DNA of 64,000 nt, from assembly GCA_951406725.2 (NCBI GenBank), contig OX597819.1, positions 70,432,001 through 70,496,000 of the forward strand. The letters run 5' to 3'. The number at the start of each line of letters is the position of its first letter. Position 1 is the first letter of the stretch. Positions 13,297 to 27,189 of the stretch are shown piece after piece. This stretch comes from Octopus vulgaris. Lineage: Eukaryota. The notes below the pieces were generated by a model that saw only the letters and a program-made list of their open reading frames with translations, did not search any database and was not told where the DNA came from. The translations under genes were made by a program, and so were the position numbers.

Positions 13297-13527
13297 TCTT
13301 TATTGCCCACAGGGGGCTAAACATAGAGGGAACAAACAAGGACAGACAAAGGGGTTAAGTCGATTACATCGATCCCAGTGCGTAACTGGTACTTATTTAA
13401 TCAACCCTGAAAGGAATAAAGGAAAAAAATCGACCTCGGCAGAATTTGAACTCAGAACATAATGGTAGATGAAATACCGCTAAGCATTTCGCCTGGTGTG
13501 CTAATGTTTCTGCCAGCTCGTCGCCTT
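13297..13527 (-). mobile_element. SINE family B, full length
   Basis: Same sequence family and tail variant (TTTATTGCCCACAGGGGGCTAAACATAGAG) as 7994-8227. Confidence 0.85.
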
Positions 13528-14425
13528 ATGTGTATATCCTATATGCTGCCTATATGTGTATATCTGTGTATGTTTGAATATGAATGTATGTGTGTGAGAA
13601 GTTAATAGTAGTCATCTCATTGATAAAATACTATATTTTTAACGATAGGAAAAGACAAAAAAATGTGAATGAATGCATGGATACATGTGACTGAATGCAT
13701 GGCTACATGTGAAAATACTTGATAAACTATGTGAGACCTGGAAATAGATTTCTTCTGAGAAATGAGACCGCTTCAGTTTCAGATTCACGACGGAAGGGGG
13801 TGAATAATTTACATGGTGGATTTTAATCTGTTAAAGTTCTTCCTCATACTTCACCTACCCACCTGCTTAACCTGATTGTAAACTATTGTCAACTACACTC
13901 TGTTCTCATCTTAGAAAAGTACCCAGTCTCAACACTAACTCATCCAACTGCTCAACAACTTTCCACTTAGTAATATAAATTCATCCCTGTGTATCTAAAG
14001 CTGGCTCTGCAACTGTGTCAGTAATGAAATCCAACATGATTCAGACTCCACCCCTCCTGCCTTCACACTCTTTACTCTTTTTTTTTTCACTCTTTTTACT
14101 TGTTTCAGTCTACTGAATTTAGGCTTTAAAAATTAAAAAAGGAACAGGTGGAATAAAGGAAGTAAGAATTAAATTAGGTTAATCGTAGGTTAGATAAGAA
14201 CATTGATGATAAAGACAAACAGACAGACAGAGATAGAAGACAAGTAGATGGACAGTCTACTATAGCCTTGGGCCAACCAAAGCCTTGTGAGTGGATTTGG
14301 TAGATGGAAACTGAATGAAACCTGCTGTATATATATATATATAACAAAGTGAAGTTGTAAGGTACCGCACGAGTGGAATTATATATGATAGAAGGTTTGA
14401 AAATGCAATTTTAAAAGATATTTAT

Positions 14426-14686
14426 TTACTTTTTTATTGCGTAACAGTCTGTACTTTTTTCCTGCTTTGGAAGTATTGTTGTCTCTATAGATTTGATTAG
14501 GTTTTGTAATGTTGGGATGATGTCAAGGGTTTGATTGACTGTTTTAGCCTCCAGGAATCCATTTAGGTATAACTGTGATTGTTCGACTTTGTTGATTAGG
14601 GTTGAAAGTTTGGAGGAGATTTCTTTTAATTCTTTTAGGATACTTTGGTTCAATAAGTTTTCTGTTTGTTGTGACTTAGGTGGCAT
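14426..14686 (-). pseudogene. Probable N-terminal fragment of a retroelement ORF (coiled-coil-like, 86 aa)
   Basis: Non-repetitive ORF MPPKSQQTENLLNQSILKELKEISSKLSTLINKVEQ with heptad hydrophobic spacing, in a TE-dense context. No recognisable catalytic motif. Confidence 0.35.
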
Positions 14687-14959
14687 TTTCAGGACTCATG
14701 TGGTCAAAGTATCCAAAGTATCCAAAGATTCTGCTGACAAGTGCTACCTACATTCTTAGAAAAACCCTGCCAATTTAAATGTTTGTGTTACATTATATAG
14801 AGGTATTTCGCTACTGCCCTTGCCACTTCCCCTCTCCAAGCTTTCAGTTATATATCAGCATCCCTTAACCTTCGCTTTCCCTAGGATGCTGGGTGTGTCT
14901 CAGCAAGTGATTACAACAAACATGCAGATTAAAAGTAAATAACAGTGGTAATAATAATA

Positions 14960-15525
14960 ACTGTACCAGGCAGTGGCTCTCGTGGCGTCTGATCTTAACT
15001 TATTGAAAGTATTAACATGTACATGTTTTGTCTTAGTGTAAAGTAGGGATTACAACAAATATTCTGGTCAATGTTACAGATTTGCTTGTCAGTTGCTTAA
15101 CCCTAACCAGTTGAGCATGTCCTTTAGTGGTTGACGATATGTGCATCTCTAATCATGAGCAGGAGTAGCAGGGGAACATCATAGCTATGATTTTGTGGGG
15201 ATTTGAATAATCTACCCCTTGAAATGTGTGTGTTTCATTCTTTAACCTTAAACAACCATTATTCAGGGACTTTTTGAGTGGGACAGGCTGTTCAACTTGA
15301 AGAAAATTTTAACTGCTACTTGGGCCCCACTAATAAGCATGCTCTGTTTATCTTGATATGTGGTCACCATGTTGCACACACATGGTTGTGATGCATGTGA
15401 CTAGTGTACCTTTATCAAATAGATTGGCATGATGGGTGTACAGAGCTTAGTACATTTGTACCCCAGTGTCACTTTGATGGCTTGCACTGCTCTCTTTTTC
15501 TCTCTCCCTCTCTCTCTGTCTCTCA
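14960..15525 (+). mobile_element. Unclassified interspersed repeat, probably a retroposon 3' UTR inserted in (TAA)n
   Basis: Bounded by ATAATAATAA on the left and a long (AAT)n on the right. No ORF and no second copy in the window. Confidence 0.35.
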
Positions 15526-15564
15526 ATAATAATAATAATAATAATAATAACAATAATAAAAATT

Positions 15565-16390
15565 ATCCTTTGTACTATAGGCACAAGGCCTGAAATTTGG
15601 AAAAAGAGGCCAGTCGATTAGATCGCCCCCAGTACACAACTGGATTCTTAATTTATCAACCCTGAGAGAGGATGAAAGGCAAAGCCAACCTTGGTGGAAT
15701 TTTAACTCAGAACATAGCGATGGGCGAAATACCACTAAGCATTTTCCTGGCATGCTAACGATTCTGCCATCAGTAGAAACAAATGATAAGACATGAAATA
15801 TTTAAGTGACATTTATTACAGCTACAATATTGGAATCACACTCTAAGTACAGTTAAAAGTCAGTGGAGTTCCTACAATGATCTTAAGACCTTTTGTAATA
15901 ATCTTTTCTACTCTAGGCACAGGACCCGAAATTTTGGGGAGGGGCCAGTCAATTAGATCGGCCCCAGCACACAACTGGTACTTAATTTATCAGCCCCGAA
16001 AGGATAAAAGGCAAAGTTGACCTTGGTAGAATAAAAACTATTTTTTTCTACTCTTGGCACAAGTCTCAAAATTTTTGGAGGTCCAGTTGATTAGATCGAC
16101 CCAGTACACAACTGGTACTTAATCTATTGACCCCAAAAGGATGAAAGGCAAAGTCAACCTTGGCGAATAAAACTATTTTTTTCTACTCTAGGCACAAGGC
16201 CTGAAATTTTGGGGGAGGGGTCCAGTCAATTAGATCAACCCCAGTATGCAACTGGTACTTAATTTATTGAACCTAAAAGGATGAAAAGCAAAGTTGACCT
16301 TGGCAGAGTTTGAACTAAGAACGTAAAGACAGATGAAATACCTGCTAAGCATTTTGCCCGGCATACTAACGTTTCTACCAGTTCACCTCC
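15565..16390 (-). mobile_element. Cluster of SINE family B copies, including head-to-tail partial tandem units
   Basis: Four repeats of TTTCTACTCTAGGCACAAGGCC...CAACTGGTACTTAATTTATCGACCCC...AAAGGCAAAGTCAACCTTGG. Confidence 0.85.
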
Positions 16391-18729
16391 TAACCTTTAG
16401 TAATAATCATTAACATATTTGTATCAATACATTTATTTTTTTTCCTGTTCACTTTTGTACACATTAATTCATCTATTTCTCTTCCAACTTCCCTGCTTGT
16501 CTAAGAGATAATGGTACTTGTGAAGAACTGAATCCATTGGTTGAACATAGAGCGAAATATTTTAGCATTTTGCGTAACTTAATCTCTGCTTTATACTGTT
16601 TCCCTTGTGGAATATTTAATCGATCAAGGTTGATTTTTTTTACAGGATAGTTTAGAAAATCAGAGTTGCAGGAAATATTTCTGAATCAATTCCACTGACT
16701 TTATAACACTGTGTGTGTGTGTGTATGTGTGTTTGCATTCATCATCATCAATCATCATTAATCATCATTATCATCATCATCCCTTTTTCCTTGCATGAAT
16801 GGTTTGGATGGTTTCATAAGAACTGTTGAGCCAGAGGACTGTACTCAGTTCCAATGTCTTCTTTTGCATGGTCTCTACAGCTGATGCCCTACCTAAAACC
16901 AACCAGTTTACAGTGTGTTTTGGGTACTTTCTTTTTGTGGCAGTAGCACTGGTGAGGTTACTAAGTACTTGCAAATCAGGACCCCTCACCCATATGTCCT
17001 AGCATTTGTCCCCCACCACTACTTGACAACTGGTGTTCGTTTGTTTACTTTCCTGTAAAAGAGATTGCTGGAATAAATATGAGACTAAAAAATAAGTACC
17101 ATGGTTGATTTGTTCTCCTAAACCCTTCAAGGTAGTGCCCCAGTATGACCAGAGTCCAGTGACTGAAACAAGTAAGAGAAATTTAAAAAAAACTTCAGCT
17201 TAGCACTGACAAAATTATTTCAATATTTCTTCACAATTTTTAAGGTAAATTGAAATAAAGGTAGTGTCCTTGACCATTTCATCTTTGATTGCAGGTATTT
17301 TCTGCTCACTGTACTTATGATCTATTGGTTTTGAGTCATATTATTATCATTTACAAACTTCTAATATTGATTTCAAATTTTGGCACAAGGCCAGGCAATT
17401 TCGAAGGAGGGGGTAAGTTGATTATGTCAACCCCAGTACACAACTGGTACTTAATTTATCGACCCTGAATAGATGAAAGACAAAATCAATCCAGGTAGAA
17501 TTTGAACTTGAAATGTAGAAAGACAGAAAAAATGCCTCTAAGCATTTTGCCTGGCATGCTAACAATTCTGCCAGCTCATCACCTGTTTGGCTTCAAATTT
17601 TCACGTAAGGCTAGCAGTTCTTATATGGAACCCCAAGGGCCACATGAACCCCAGTTGAGAACCATTGAGTTAAAATCTATGTGGCTGAGTATCAAGATAA
17701 TCCTCAGGCAGAATGAACAAGACATAGTGTTTGACAAGAAGTCAGACCTTTGAATTACAGGTATAATCTATTCTGCAGGCTTCCATGCAGTTTCCATCTA
17801 ATCAGCCTCACTTAGAAAGCTTGGGTCAAACCAAAGTCATGGAAGTGAACACAGGACCTCTTGATTGTAATGAGAATTTCCTAACTATTCAACCATGCTG
17901 CATCCAACAGGCTCCCTATGCTGTCTGTCTGGAGAGGGGGGGTAAGTCATTTGTATCAACCCCAATACTCAACTGGTACTTATTTTATCAACCCCAAAAT
18001 GATAAAAGTCGACCTTGGTGGAATTTGAACTCAGAATGTAAAGATGGATGAAATGCTGCTAAGCATTTTGCTCTGTTTGCTAATGGTTCTGCCAGCTTGC
18101 TGCCTTGACCAGATTTGCAAACTTGTAGTATTTACTAGACACATCTGGTAAACACATAGTCATGTATCCGCACGAGAGGTACCTCTCTTGGCATCCACTG
18201 TTCAGAGATAGTAAAATGTATTTACTGAATTCAATTAATTTTGACAATATTGATCTGTAACATGTGCACAAACTACAGATCTCTGGAGAAATGGTGGATT
18301 GTCAATTAGATAGACCCAAGTAATTGATGAGTGCTTAGTTTATCGACGAAAAAACAAAAAAAAAACAAAAAACAAAATCACCCTCAATGAAGCAACTATT
18401 GATCTTGTATATTATAATAAATAATTAGGATTAGTAGCTGCTATAAAATATATCACTGTGTTGTGTGTGTGTGTGAGAGTGTGTATGAGAGAGCACACAA
18501 CCTGTATGTATGTATATCTTGTTTCAGTCATTGGATTGCAGCCGTGCTAGGACTCTGCCTTGTAGGGGTTTAATCAAACAAATTGACTCCTGTACTTATT
18601 TTTTAAGTCTGGTTCTTATTGTAGTGATCTGGTACTTATTGCCAAGCAGTGGGGTGGAGCAAAAAACAAACGCATAGCTACGTACCTATATATATATATA
18701 TATCCATACACACAGACACACATATATAA

Positions 18730-19227
18730 GTCAAATTTGATGACAGCACCTCATGACTGGCGTCTGTGCTAGTAGAGCGCTAAGATCACAATCCGAGCAT
18801 GATCGTTGCAAGGGCCATTGACTGGCTCCCGTGCTGGTGGCATGTAAAAAGCACCATTTGAGTGTGATTGTTACCAGTGTCACCTTACTGGCACTTGTGT
18901 CAGCGACACGTTAAAAACATTATTTGAGCGAGATTGTTGCCAGTGTCGCTGGACTGGTTCCTGTGCAGGTGGCATGTAAAAAGCACCATTTGAGTGTGGC
19001 CATTGCTAGTACCGCCCGACTGGCCCTCATGGCGGTGGAACATAAAAGCTCCCACTACACTCTCAGAGTGGTTGGCGTTAGGAAGTGCATCCAGCAGTAG
19101 AAACTCTGCCAGATCAGAATGGAGCCTGGCACAGCCAACTGGCTCGCCGGTCCTCAGTCATACCATCCGACCCATACCAGCATGGAAAGCACACGTTAAA
19201 CGATGATGATGATGATGATGATGATGA

Positions 19228-19230
<3 letters not shown>
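18730..19230 (+). mobile_element. 3'-UTR-only copy of the RTE LINE (about four ~65-bp units plus conserved terminus)
   Basis: Repeated TGGCATGTAAAAAGCACCA, then CCCACTACACTCTCAGAGTGGTTGGCGTTAGGAAG...GTTAAAC(GAT)n as at 2690-2858. Confidence 0.85.
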
Positions 19231-19260
<30 letters not shown>

Positions 19261-19431
19261 TGCAGAAGTGGCTATGTGGTAAGTAGATTGCTCACCAACC
19301 ACATGGTTCCAGGTTCAGTCCCACTACATGGCACTTTGGGCAAGTGTCTTCTAGTATAGCCTCAGGCCAACCAAATCCTTGTGAGTGGATTTGGTAGACA
19401 GAAACTGAAAGAAGCCCATCATATATATATG

Positions 19432-19517
<86 letters not shown>

Positions 19518-19751
19518 GTTTATATATTTGATTTGCAAGATTCTTGATGTGAAATCGTGTGTTGAAACAGATATTATTGTATTTAGGGATGGTCATGTTG
19601 CCAGTTTAGCCAATAAAAACACATGCACTATATATTTGGTGTTAATTTGCTTCAGCTTTATTTATTTTTTACATTAATCTTAATCTTATTTCGGCAAGAG
19701 TTCTTTCATCACACTTCTGTGACCTCATCAGTGGTCCTTTTTGTCTTCTTT

Positions 19752-19794
<43 letters not shown>

Positions 19795-20019
19795 GTGTAT
19801 TAAATATTACTTATACATGTTGACTACTTGATAAAATTTTAAAGATTTTATCCTTAATTATTAAATATATATATAGTAGGATAACAGATAAGGCCATTAG
19901 TAGGAGAGTTTAGGAATGACACTCAAAGAAGATCAAAAGAAATAAAGGTAGCAAAGTACATGAAGGTATAAAGGGGTTCAATTATCTGTAATAGATTTAG
20001 ATATAAAAGTAGACACAAA

Positions 20020-20058
20020 TAGATAAGCACATAGATAGGTAAATAGATAGATAGACAC

Positions 20059-20105
<47 letters not shown>

Positions 20106-20425
20106 CAGACAGACACAGGTAGACAAACAGACAGACATAGATAGATAGACAGACAGACAGTGATAGACAGACACAGATAGACATAGATAGATAGATAGAT
20201 AGACTGACATAGATATATAGATAGATAAACTGACATAGATAGATAGATAGACTGACATAGATAGACAGATGGACTGACATAGATAGACAGATGGACTGAC
20301 ATAGATAGATAGACAGATAGACAGACATAGATAGAAAGACAGATATAGATAGATAGAAAGACAGACACAGATAGACAGACAGGCAAACAGACAGACATAA
20401 ATAGATAGATAGACAGACAGACAGA
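20020..20425. repeat. (GATA/GACA)n tetranucleotide microsatellite
   Basis: Direct inspection. Confidence 0.95.
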
Positions 20426-21373
20426 TTACCCTTCGTGTGGTATGCAATCTAGAATGAGTATTGTTGCTGAGTGTTATACACATATGTCCACATACACACA
20501 TACATACACACAGAGGTTTCCACACAGTTTCTATTTCCCAAATTCACCCAGAAGGCATTAGTTGCCACACAGTGCTATTGAACCTGAAGCCATGTGGTTG
20601 CAAAGTGAGCTTCTTAAGCACTCAGCCATGCCTATGCCTTTATTAAGACGGCAGCTACATATTTGATAAAGGACGAAAATTCTTCTATTCATTTTACATA
20701 GAGTGAAACATTTTCATTACAAACACCATTTGAATACAAAAGGAAAATGTAAAGAAAAAGTGCTGTGTGTCTGACTGCTGCATATGTGGTTACATAGTCA
20801 TTGCATTAGTAACTTTCGTGATCCAAAAAGGATCATCAGATAAATGTTTTAAAGTGCAAGCTTATATCTCATAACGCTTCGGGTTATTAGGACATCAACA
20901 AAACTTTGTGTTGTATGTGTAATGTATTTTAGAGAAGACCTGTTGATGAAGGCTGTCCTTGTACAGGTTAATGACTAAGCATAAACGAAGGATAATGACT
21001 TTGCTGGAAATAGTAACTGGTTGTAGATATGACTCATAGAAGGTTGCTTCTAGTCTACCCTGCTGTCACAGGACATGGGAGAAGAGAAGGGAATGAAACA
21101 GAAGGAGAGAGACAGACAGACTGCGATAGAGAGGATGTTGGATGCAGCTTGGTTGAATAGGGAATTCTCTTTGCAGTCAAGAGGTCCTGTGTTCACTTCC
21201 ATGGCTTTGGTTCGATCCAAGTTTTCTAAGTGAAACTTATTAGATGGAAACTGCATGGAAGCCTGCAGGATGGATTGTACATGCAATTCAAAGGTCTGAC
21301 TTCTTGTCAGACACTATGCCTTTCTCACTCTGCTTGAGGATTATGTTGATACACAGCCACTTAGATCATAACT

Positions 21374-21645
21374 CAATGGTTCTCAGCTGGGGTTCAATAT
21401 GGCCCTTACAGGTCCATGTGGCTCTTAATGGTCCATATAAGATTTTGTTGTTAAAATTTATCAGCAATAAACTGGTTATGCTTCTACATACACAAAATAT
21501 TTTGACAATTTTTAAAAATACAATTACTAATTATTTTTAATTATAAAAATATAATATTTTTTAAGCATCGAATGGTTGTGGGGGTCCAGCTAAGTAAAAC
21601 TGGAAACAAAGAGGTCTACAGGTAAAAAATGGTTGAGAACCACTG
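21374..21645. mobile_element. hAT-type MITE (CAGTGGTTCTCAACC TIR family)
   Basis: Ends CAATGGTTCTCAGCT / GGTTGAGAACCACTG; related copies at 36778-38270 and 40918-41602. Confidence 0.75.
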
Positions 21646-21705
21646 CCCTAATTCTATGACAGATACTCCAGTGAACCTAACGTCTAAATAATCATTGTTT
21701 TAACC

Positions 21706-22019
21706 CTGTGGTTCCCAAAGAGGGTGGTATTGCCTTCCTCCATAGGGGTGGTGGAAAATTCCAAGGGGGCATTGAAGAAAAGTGGACTGACAATGGGGTA
21801 GCATTTCATGTAAAATGTGGGGCAATAATGGGATAGTGATTCATGTAAAAACAATAAAATAATGGGTTCATTAGGTTAGGCTTTATTTGTGAAGTACAGT
21901 TGCTTTGAATTTGCTTCAGAAAGAGGTCTATGTTTGTGATGGTTAGTTGGGGTGGAGGCGTTAGAAATGTGGCTTGGGTATTTAGGGGGCAGCAGCCCAA
22001 AAATGTTTGGGAATAACTG
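21706..22019. mobile_element. hAT-type MITE (CAGTGGTTCCCAAA TIR family)
   Basis: Ends CTGTGGTTCCCAAA / TTTGGGAATAACTG; TSD TTTTAACC / TTGTAACC. Confidence 0.7.
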
Positions 22020-22294
22020 TTGTAACCAATTGATAGCCACTTATTTTTGTGAATGTTTATGCACTTGTGTCAGAATGTGTAAAATAAACTGTATCTAATG
22101 GCATAGAAGACTTAAAAAAAAAGGTCTCACAAATATGAACCCGGGTCCTATAGGTGAAGATGGGTCTCCCATAAGCTTTAATGTACTAAAACTTTTTTTT
22201 AACTTGAATATGTGTTGCTGAAATTGGGGTGCATTTGATATACCCAGCATCTTTTATGTGATCAAATATAATATGTATGCAATATATCCACCCA

Positions 22295-22578
22295 CATGTT
22301 GCCAGCTCCGCCTGACTGGCTCCTGTGCTAGTGGCACATAAAAAACACCACCCAAGTGTGGCTGATGCCAGTATCGCCTGACTAGCCCTTGTGCCGGTGG
22401 CATGGAAAAAGCACCCACTATACTCTCAGAGTGGTTGGTGTTAGGAAGGGCATCCAGCTGTAGAAACATTGCCAGATCGGATTGGAGCCTGGTGCAGCCT
22501 TCTGGCTTGCCAGTCCTCAGCCAAACCATCCAACCCATGCCAGCATGGAAAGTGGACATTAAACAATGATGATGATGA
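22295..22578 (+). mobile_element. 3'-UTR-only copy of the RTE LINE
   Basis: Two TGGCACRTAAAAAGCACC units plus conserved terminus and (GAT)n. Confidence 0.85.
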
Positions 22579-22659
22579 CACTGAAAAACTGACATGCGCA
22601 TAAAACAGTGACTTAGCTAGAGGACCACACTTACAGTATTTATCATTTTTCTGTTATCT

Positions 22660-23030
22660 TTCACTTGTTTCAGTCATTAGACTGTGGCCATGCCGGAACA
22701 CCACCGCGAAGAATTTTTAGTCATATGAATCAACTCCAGTATTCAGTTCTATTTTAAGCCTGTTACTTATTCTGTCAGTCTCTTTTGCTGCACTGCTAAG
22801 TTAAGGGAATGTAAATATCGCAGCATCAGTTGTCAAAAAGTAGTGGGGGACAAAATAACACACACACACACAATATGATAGGTTTCTTTTAGTCTCTGTC
22901 TACCAAATCTACTCATGAGGCTTTGGTTGGCCTGAGGCTTTAACAAAAGACACTTGCCCGAGGTGCCATGCAGTAGGACTGAACCTAAAACCATGTGGTT
23001 GGGGGAGCAATCTTATCACACAGCCATACC
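22660..23030 (-). mobile_element. SINE family A, near full length
   Basis: Reverse complement of 62546-62945, including the internal (CA)n. Confidence 0.8.
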
Positions 23031-24007
23031 ATAGATAAGAAATGAAAAAAACGAACAACACAAATTCATTCAAGCCGACATGCACAAGGCAACCTGCTCT
23101 CTCAACATACAACTATGTATGTATATACATGGGCTCCCACCCCACAACAACAGCAACACATGTACAAAAATAAAAATCAGTTTGTGTAAGTTAATTTTAC
23201 TCCAATGTATTGCCAATCCCCAATCAATATAGGCCAGTCTGTCAGTCTGTGATCGTCTCAATGTCTCAGTGACATGATGCTCTGTTGTTACACAGTTTCA
23301 TGTTTTCACTCGGCTTCCATTTCGTGTATCACTCTTCTAAACTAATATCGTTGCTATAGAAACTATGAGGCCAAACACTAATGCAGCTACTAATAAATGC
23401 ACTTTTACTAAACACCCCAGATAATCTGAGTCTATCTCTTCCTTCTCTCTCTCTCCCCTCTCTCCTTCCTCTCTTACTCACTTTTCCCTCTCTCTCACTT
23501 TTCCCTCTCTCTCTCTCTCACCCTTTCCTCTCTCACCATTCCCCTCTCAACCCTCTTTCTGCTTGTCTATCTGTCTTTCTCTGTTTTCTCTCACTCTTCC
23601 CTCTCTCTCACTCTTCTCTCTCTCTCACTCTTTCCCCTCTCACTCTTCATGCTCTCTCTTCTCGCTCTCTCACTCTTCCCTCTCTCTGTCACCCATCCCC
23701 CTCTCTTACCCTTCTCTCTTTCTCACTCTTCCCTCTCTCTCTTACCCTTCTCTCTCTCAAAATCACTTCTTCCCATTTAAATAAAAAATAGAAAGGAGGC
23801 ATTAGATAATACAACCCAAAATACTCCTTAAAGGACTGGATCATAAAAATAATAATAATAATAATAATAATGGTGATGATGATGATGATGATGATGTGAA
23901 AATAGACACAGAAGTATAATGCAGTCTTCTATCTGGCCAGCTCCTGTCAATCCGTTCAACCCATGCCAGCATGGGAGGAGGACGTTAAATGATGATGATG
24001 ATGATGA

Positions 24008-24905
24008 TCCTTTCTACTGGAGGCACAAGGCCTCTAATTTTGGGGAAGAGGACTAGTTGATTACATCAACCCCAACATTTCACTGATACTTAATTTATTG
24101 CCCCCGAAAGGATGAAAGGCGAAGTCGACCTCGGCAGAATTTGAACTCAGAAATGTACCGATGGGCAAAATGTTGCTAAGCATTTTGTCTGGCGTGCTAA
24201 TGGTTCTGCCAGCTTGCTGCCTTATGATGGTGATGATGATGATGATGATGATAATCCTTTCTGCTATTAACGTAATAACTGGAATTTTGGAGTAGGGAAT
24301 GAGTCAGTTACATTGACCCCAGTGTTCAAAAGATATTTCTTTCATCGACCTTGAAAAGATGGAAAGCAAATCTGGCCTTGGCAGAATTTGAACTTGGAAT
24401 ATAAAACTGGAAGAAATGCCCCCTAAACATTTTGTCTGGCACGATAATGCTTCTGCCAGCTCGATGAAGAATAAGAATAATAATCCTGTCTACTATAGGC
24501 ACATCAATTAGATCGACCCCAACATGCAACTGGTACTTAATTTATCGACCCCAAAAGATGAAAGGCAAAATTGACTTTGGCAGAGTTTGAACTCAGAATG
24601 TAAAGACAGACGAAATACCACTAAGCATTTCACCCGGTGTGCTAATGATTCTGCCAGCTCACCGCTTTCACTTAATAAGAATAATAATAATCCTTTCTAT
24701 TATAGGCACAAGGCCTGAAATTTGGCGGAGGAGACTAGTCGATTACATCAATCCCAGTGTCTCATTGGTACTTAATTTATTGACTCTGAAAGGATGAAAG
24801 TCAAATTTGACCTCGGCGGAATTTGAACTCAGAACGTAAAGATAGATGAAATACCACTAATCATTTTGTCTAGCATACTAACAATTCTGCCAGCTCACTG
24901 CCTTC
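24008..24905 (-). mobile_element. Array of four same-orientation SINE family B copies separated by (AAT)n/(GAT)n
   Basis: Units begin at about 24008, 24255, 24484 and 24690, each running from ATCCTTTCTAC... to ...TTCTGCCAGCT. Confidence 0.85.
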
Positions 24906-25336
24906 ACTTAACAAAAATAATATCAATAACAATAATTTCTTTCTTTGACCACAAGGGTCCAAGACATAGAGGACCACATAAAAAAATACAACACAGTTAA
25001 AAAGGGTAACTTTCAGTTAATAAGAGTAACAACAACAATAAGGATATAGCAAAGCATATCAGAAAAATACATGCAAATTTTGGCAGAAGGCTAGCAATTC
25101 TTGGGGAAGGAGTTTAGAGAACATTTGTATTGTAGCATGAATAGACGAAGGTCAGCTGCGTGGAAACCTTTAAGAATGGATTTCTAAAGATAGCTTTGTT
25201 GGGATTGGTGCTTTGTCCTGATTATCATTGTTATATAAAAATAACAACTAATTATAATTAATATAATTAGTAACTGTTTTGACTAAGTCAGTAAATTTCA
25301 GAGCAAAACCACACAGTATGTATGTGTGGAGAGAGA

Positions 25337-25368
<32 letters not shown>

Positions 25369-25636
25369 AATAGCATAGAAACTTAAGAACATTGTTTACA
25401 CACACACACACACAGGTGACAAGGCTTGCCAGCTGAATGGATTGGAGCAACGTGAAATTAAGTGTCTTGCTTGAGAACATAATGTGCCATTGAGAATTGA
25501 ACTCACAACCTTATGATCATGAACTGAATACCCTAACCACTTAGCCAAAGGCCTTCACATCAGTCACTTATACATTATGGGAACTAGTTAACCAGTCTTA
25601 TGAGGCCTGGGCTTCAAGAAATACACTCACATGGAT

Positions 25637-25688
<52 letters not shown>

Positions 25689-27140
25689 GTATTTGTATGA
25701 GTGTTGAAAATAGAAATGGTTACAATAGAAATGAAAGACATCTTTGACAAAAATAGGAAGTTCTATTCAAAGAACAATTCCAGTTTTCAATCTGATCAGC
25801 TTTCCTTATTTAACGAGGTACATAAATAGTTTATTATTCATTTGCTCACAGTCCATAATTACTGGAACTCTACACAAAATCCATTATATATATATATATA
25901 TCTTTTATTTGTAAATCTTGATATTTTTGTATTAACTCAAAATACCCATAATGGCAACTATATAATTTGCACAACCTTTGCCAGAAGGGTGTTGCAGTGG
26001 CAGAACCATTAGAGCTTCAGACAAAATGCTTTGCAGTATTCTTTAAAGCTTTTTCAGCTCTGAGATCAAATCCTGCTGTGGTCAACTTTGCCTGTCATCT
26101 ATCCACAAGAGAAGCAATAGAATGTACAAGCCAAATCTGGAATCAATATATTTCACTAAACCTACCCTTCAAAACTGCTGGCCTTTTGCTGGAATTAGAA
26201 ACAATTAAATTACTAATTTTTATTTTATTTTATTTTATTGTATTTTTGAATCCTTATATGCATTCCAAAATATTCCTTTCTGCTATAGGCACAAGGCCTG
26301 GAATTTTGTTGCTAGTAGCATGTAAAATGCACTGTCTGAACATGACCGATGCCAGTGCTGCATGACTGGCTCCTGTGCCAGTGGCACATAAAAGGCACCC
26401 ACTACACTCTCGGAGTGGTTGGCATTAGGAAAGGCATCCAGCTGTAGAAATATTGCTAGATCAGATTGGAGCTTGGTATGGCCTCCTAGCTTGCCAGTCC
26501 CCAGTCAAACCATCCAACCCATGCCAGCGTGGAAAGCAGACATTAAATGATGATGATGGAACTAGTTGATTAAATCAACCCTCAGTGCTCAGCTGGTGCT
26601 TATTTTATTAACCCCGAAAAGTTGAACGGCAAAGTTGACCTCGGTGGAATTTGAACTCGGAACATAAAGATGGATGAAATGCAGCTAAGCATTCTGGCCT
26701 GCATGCTAATGATTTTGCCAATACACTGCGTTACTTGTTCCCAAATATTTGGAAGCAAATGACACTGCTTGTATGATAGTGACAATCATTTGCAACTATC
26801 ACATGATGTCATGACAAGAAGATACAAACATACGTATGACAGTCTTCTTTCAGTTTCAATCTGTCAAATCCCCTCACAAAGCTATATCATCATCATCATT
26901 TAATGTCTGCTTTCCATGCTGGCATGGGTTGGACAGTTTGACTGGGGACTGGCAAGCAAGGAGGCCACACCGGTTCCAATCTAATGTGGCAAGGTTTCTA
27001 CAACTGGATGCCCTTCCTAGCACCAACCACTCCGAGAGTGTAATGGGTGCTTTTTATGTGCCATCCAGGTGGTACCGGCATTGACCACACTTGAATGGTG
27101 CTTTTTACGTGTCACAGGCACAGGAGCCAGTCAGGTTGCA

Positions 27141-27189
<49 letters not shown>

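Noticed and set aside
12045-13825. Direct repeat pair 12045-12240 / 13598-13825
   Set aside because: Moderately diverged copies of an unclassified repeat; a hammerhead-like reading on the minus strand lacks a stem II.
19685-19740. Hammerhead-like CTGATGA...GAAA on the minus strand
   Set aside because: A stem II can form (GTCACA/TGTGAT), but no convincing stem III, UH site or stem I follows either GAAA.
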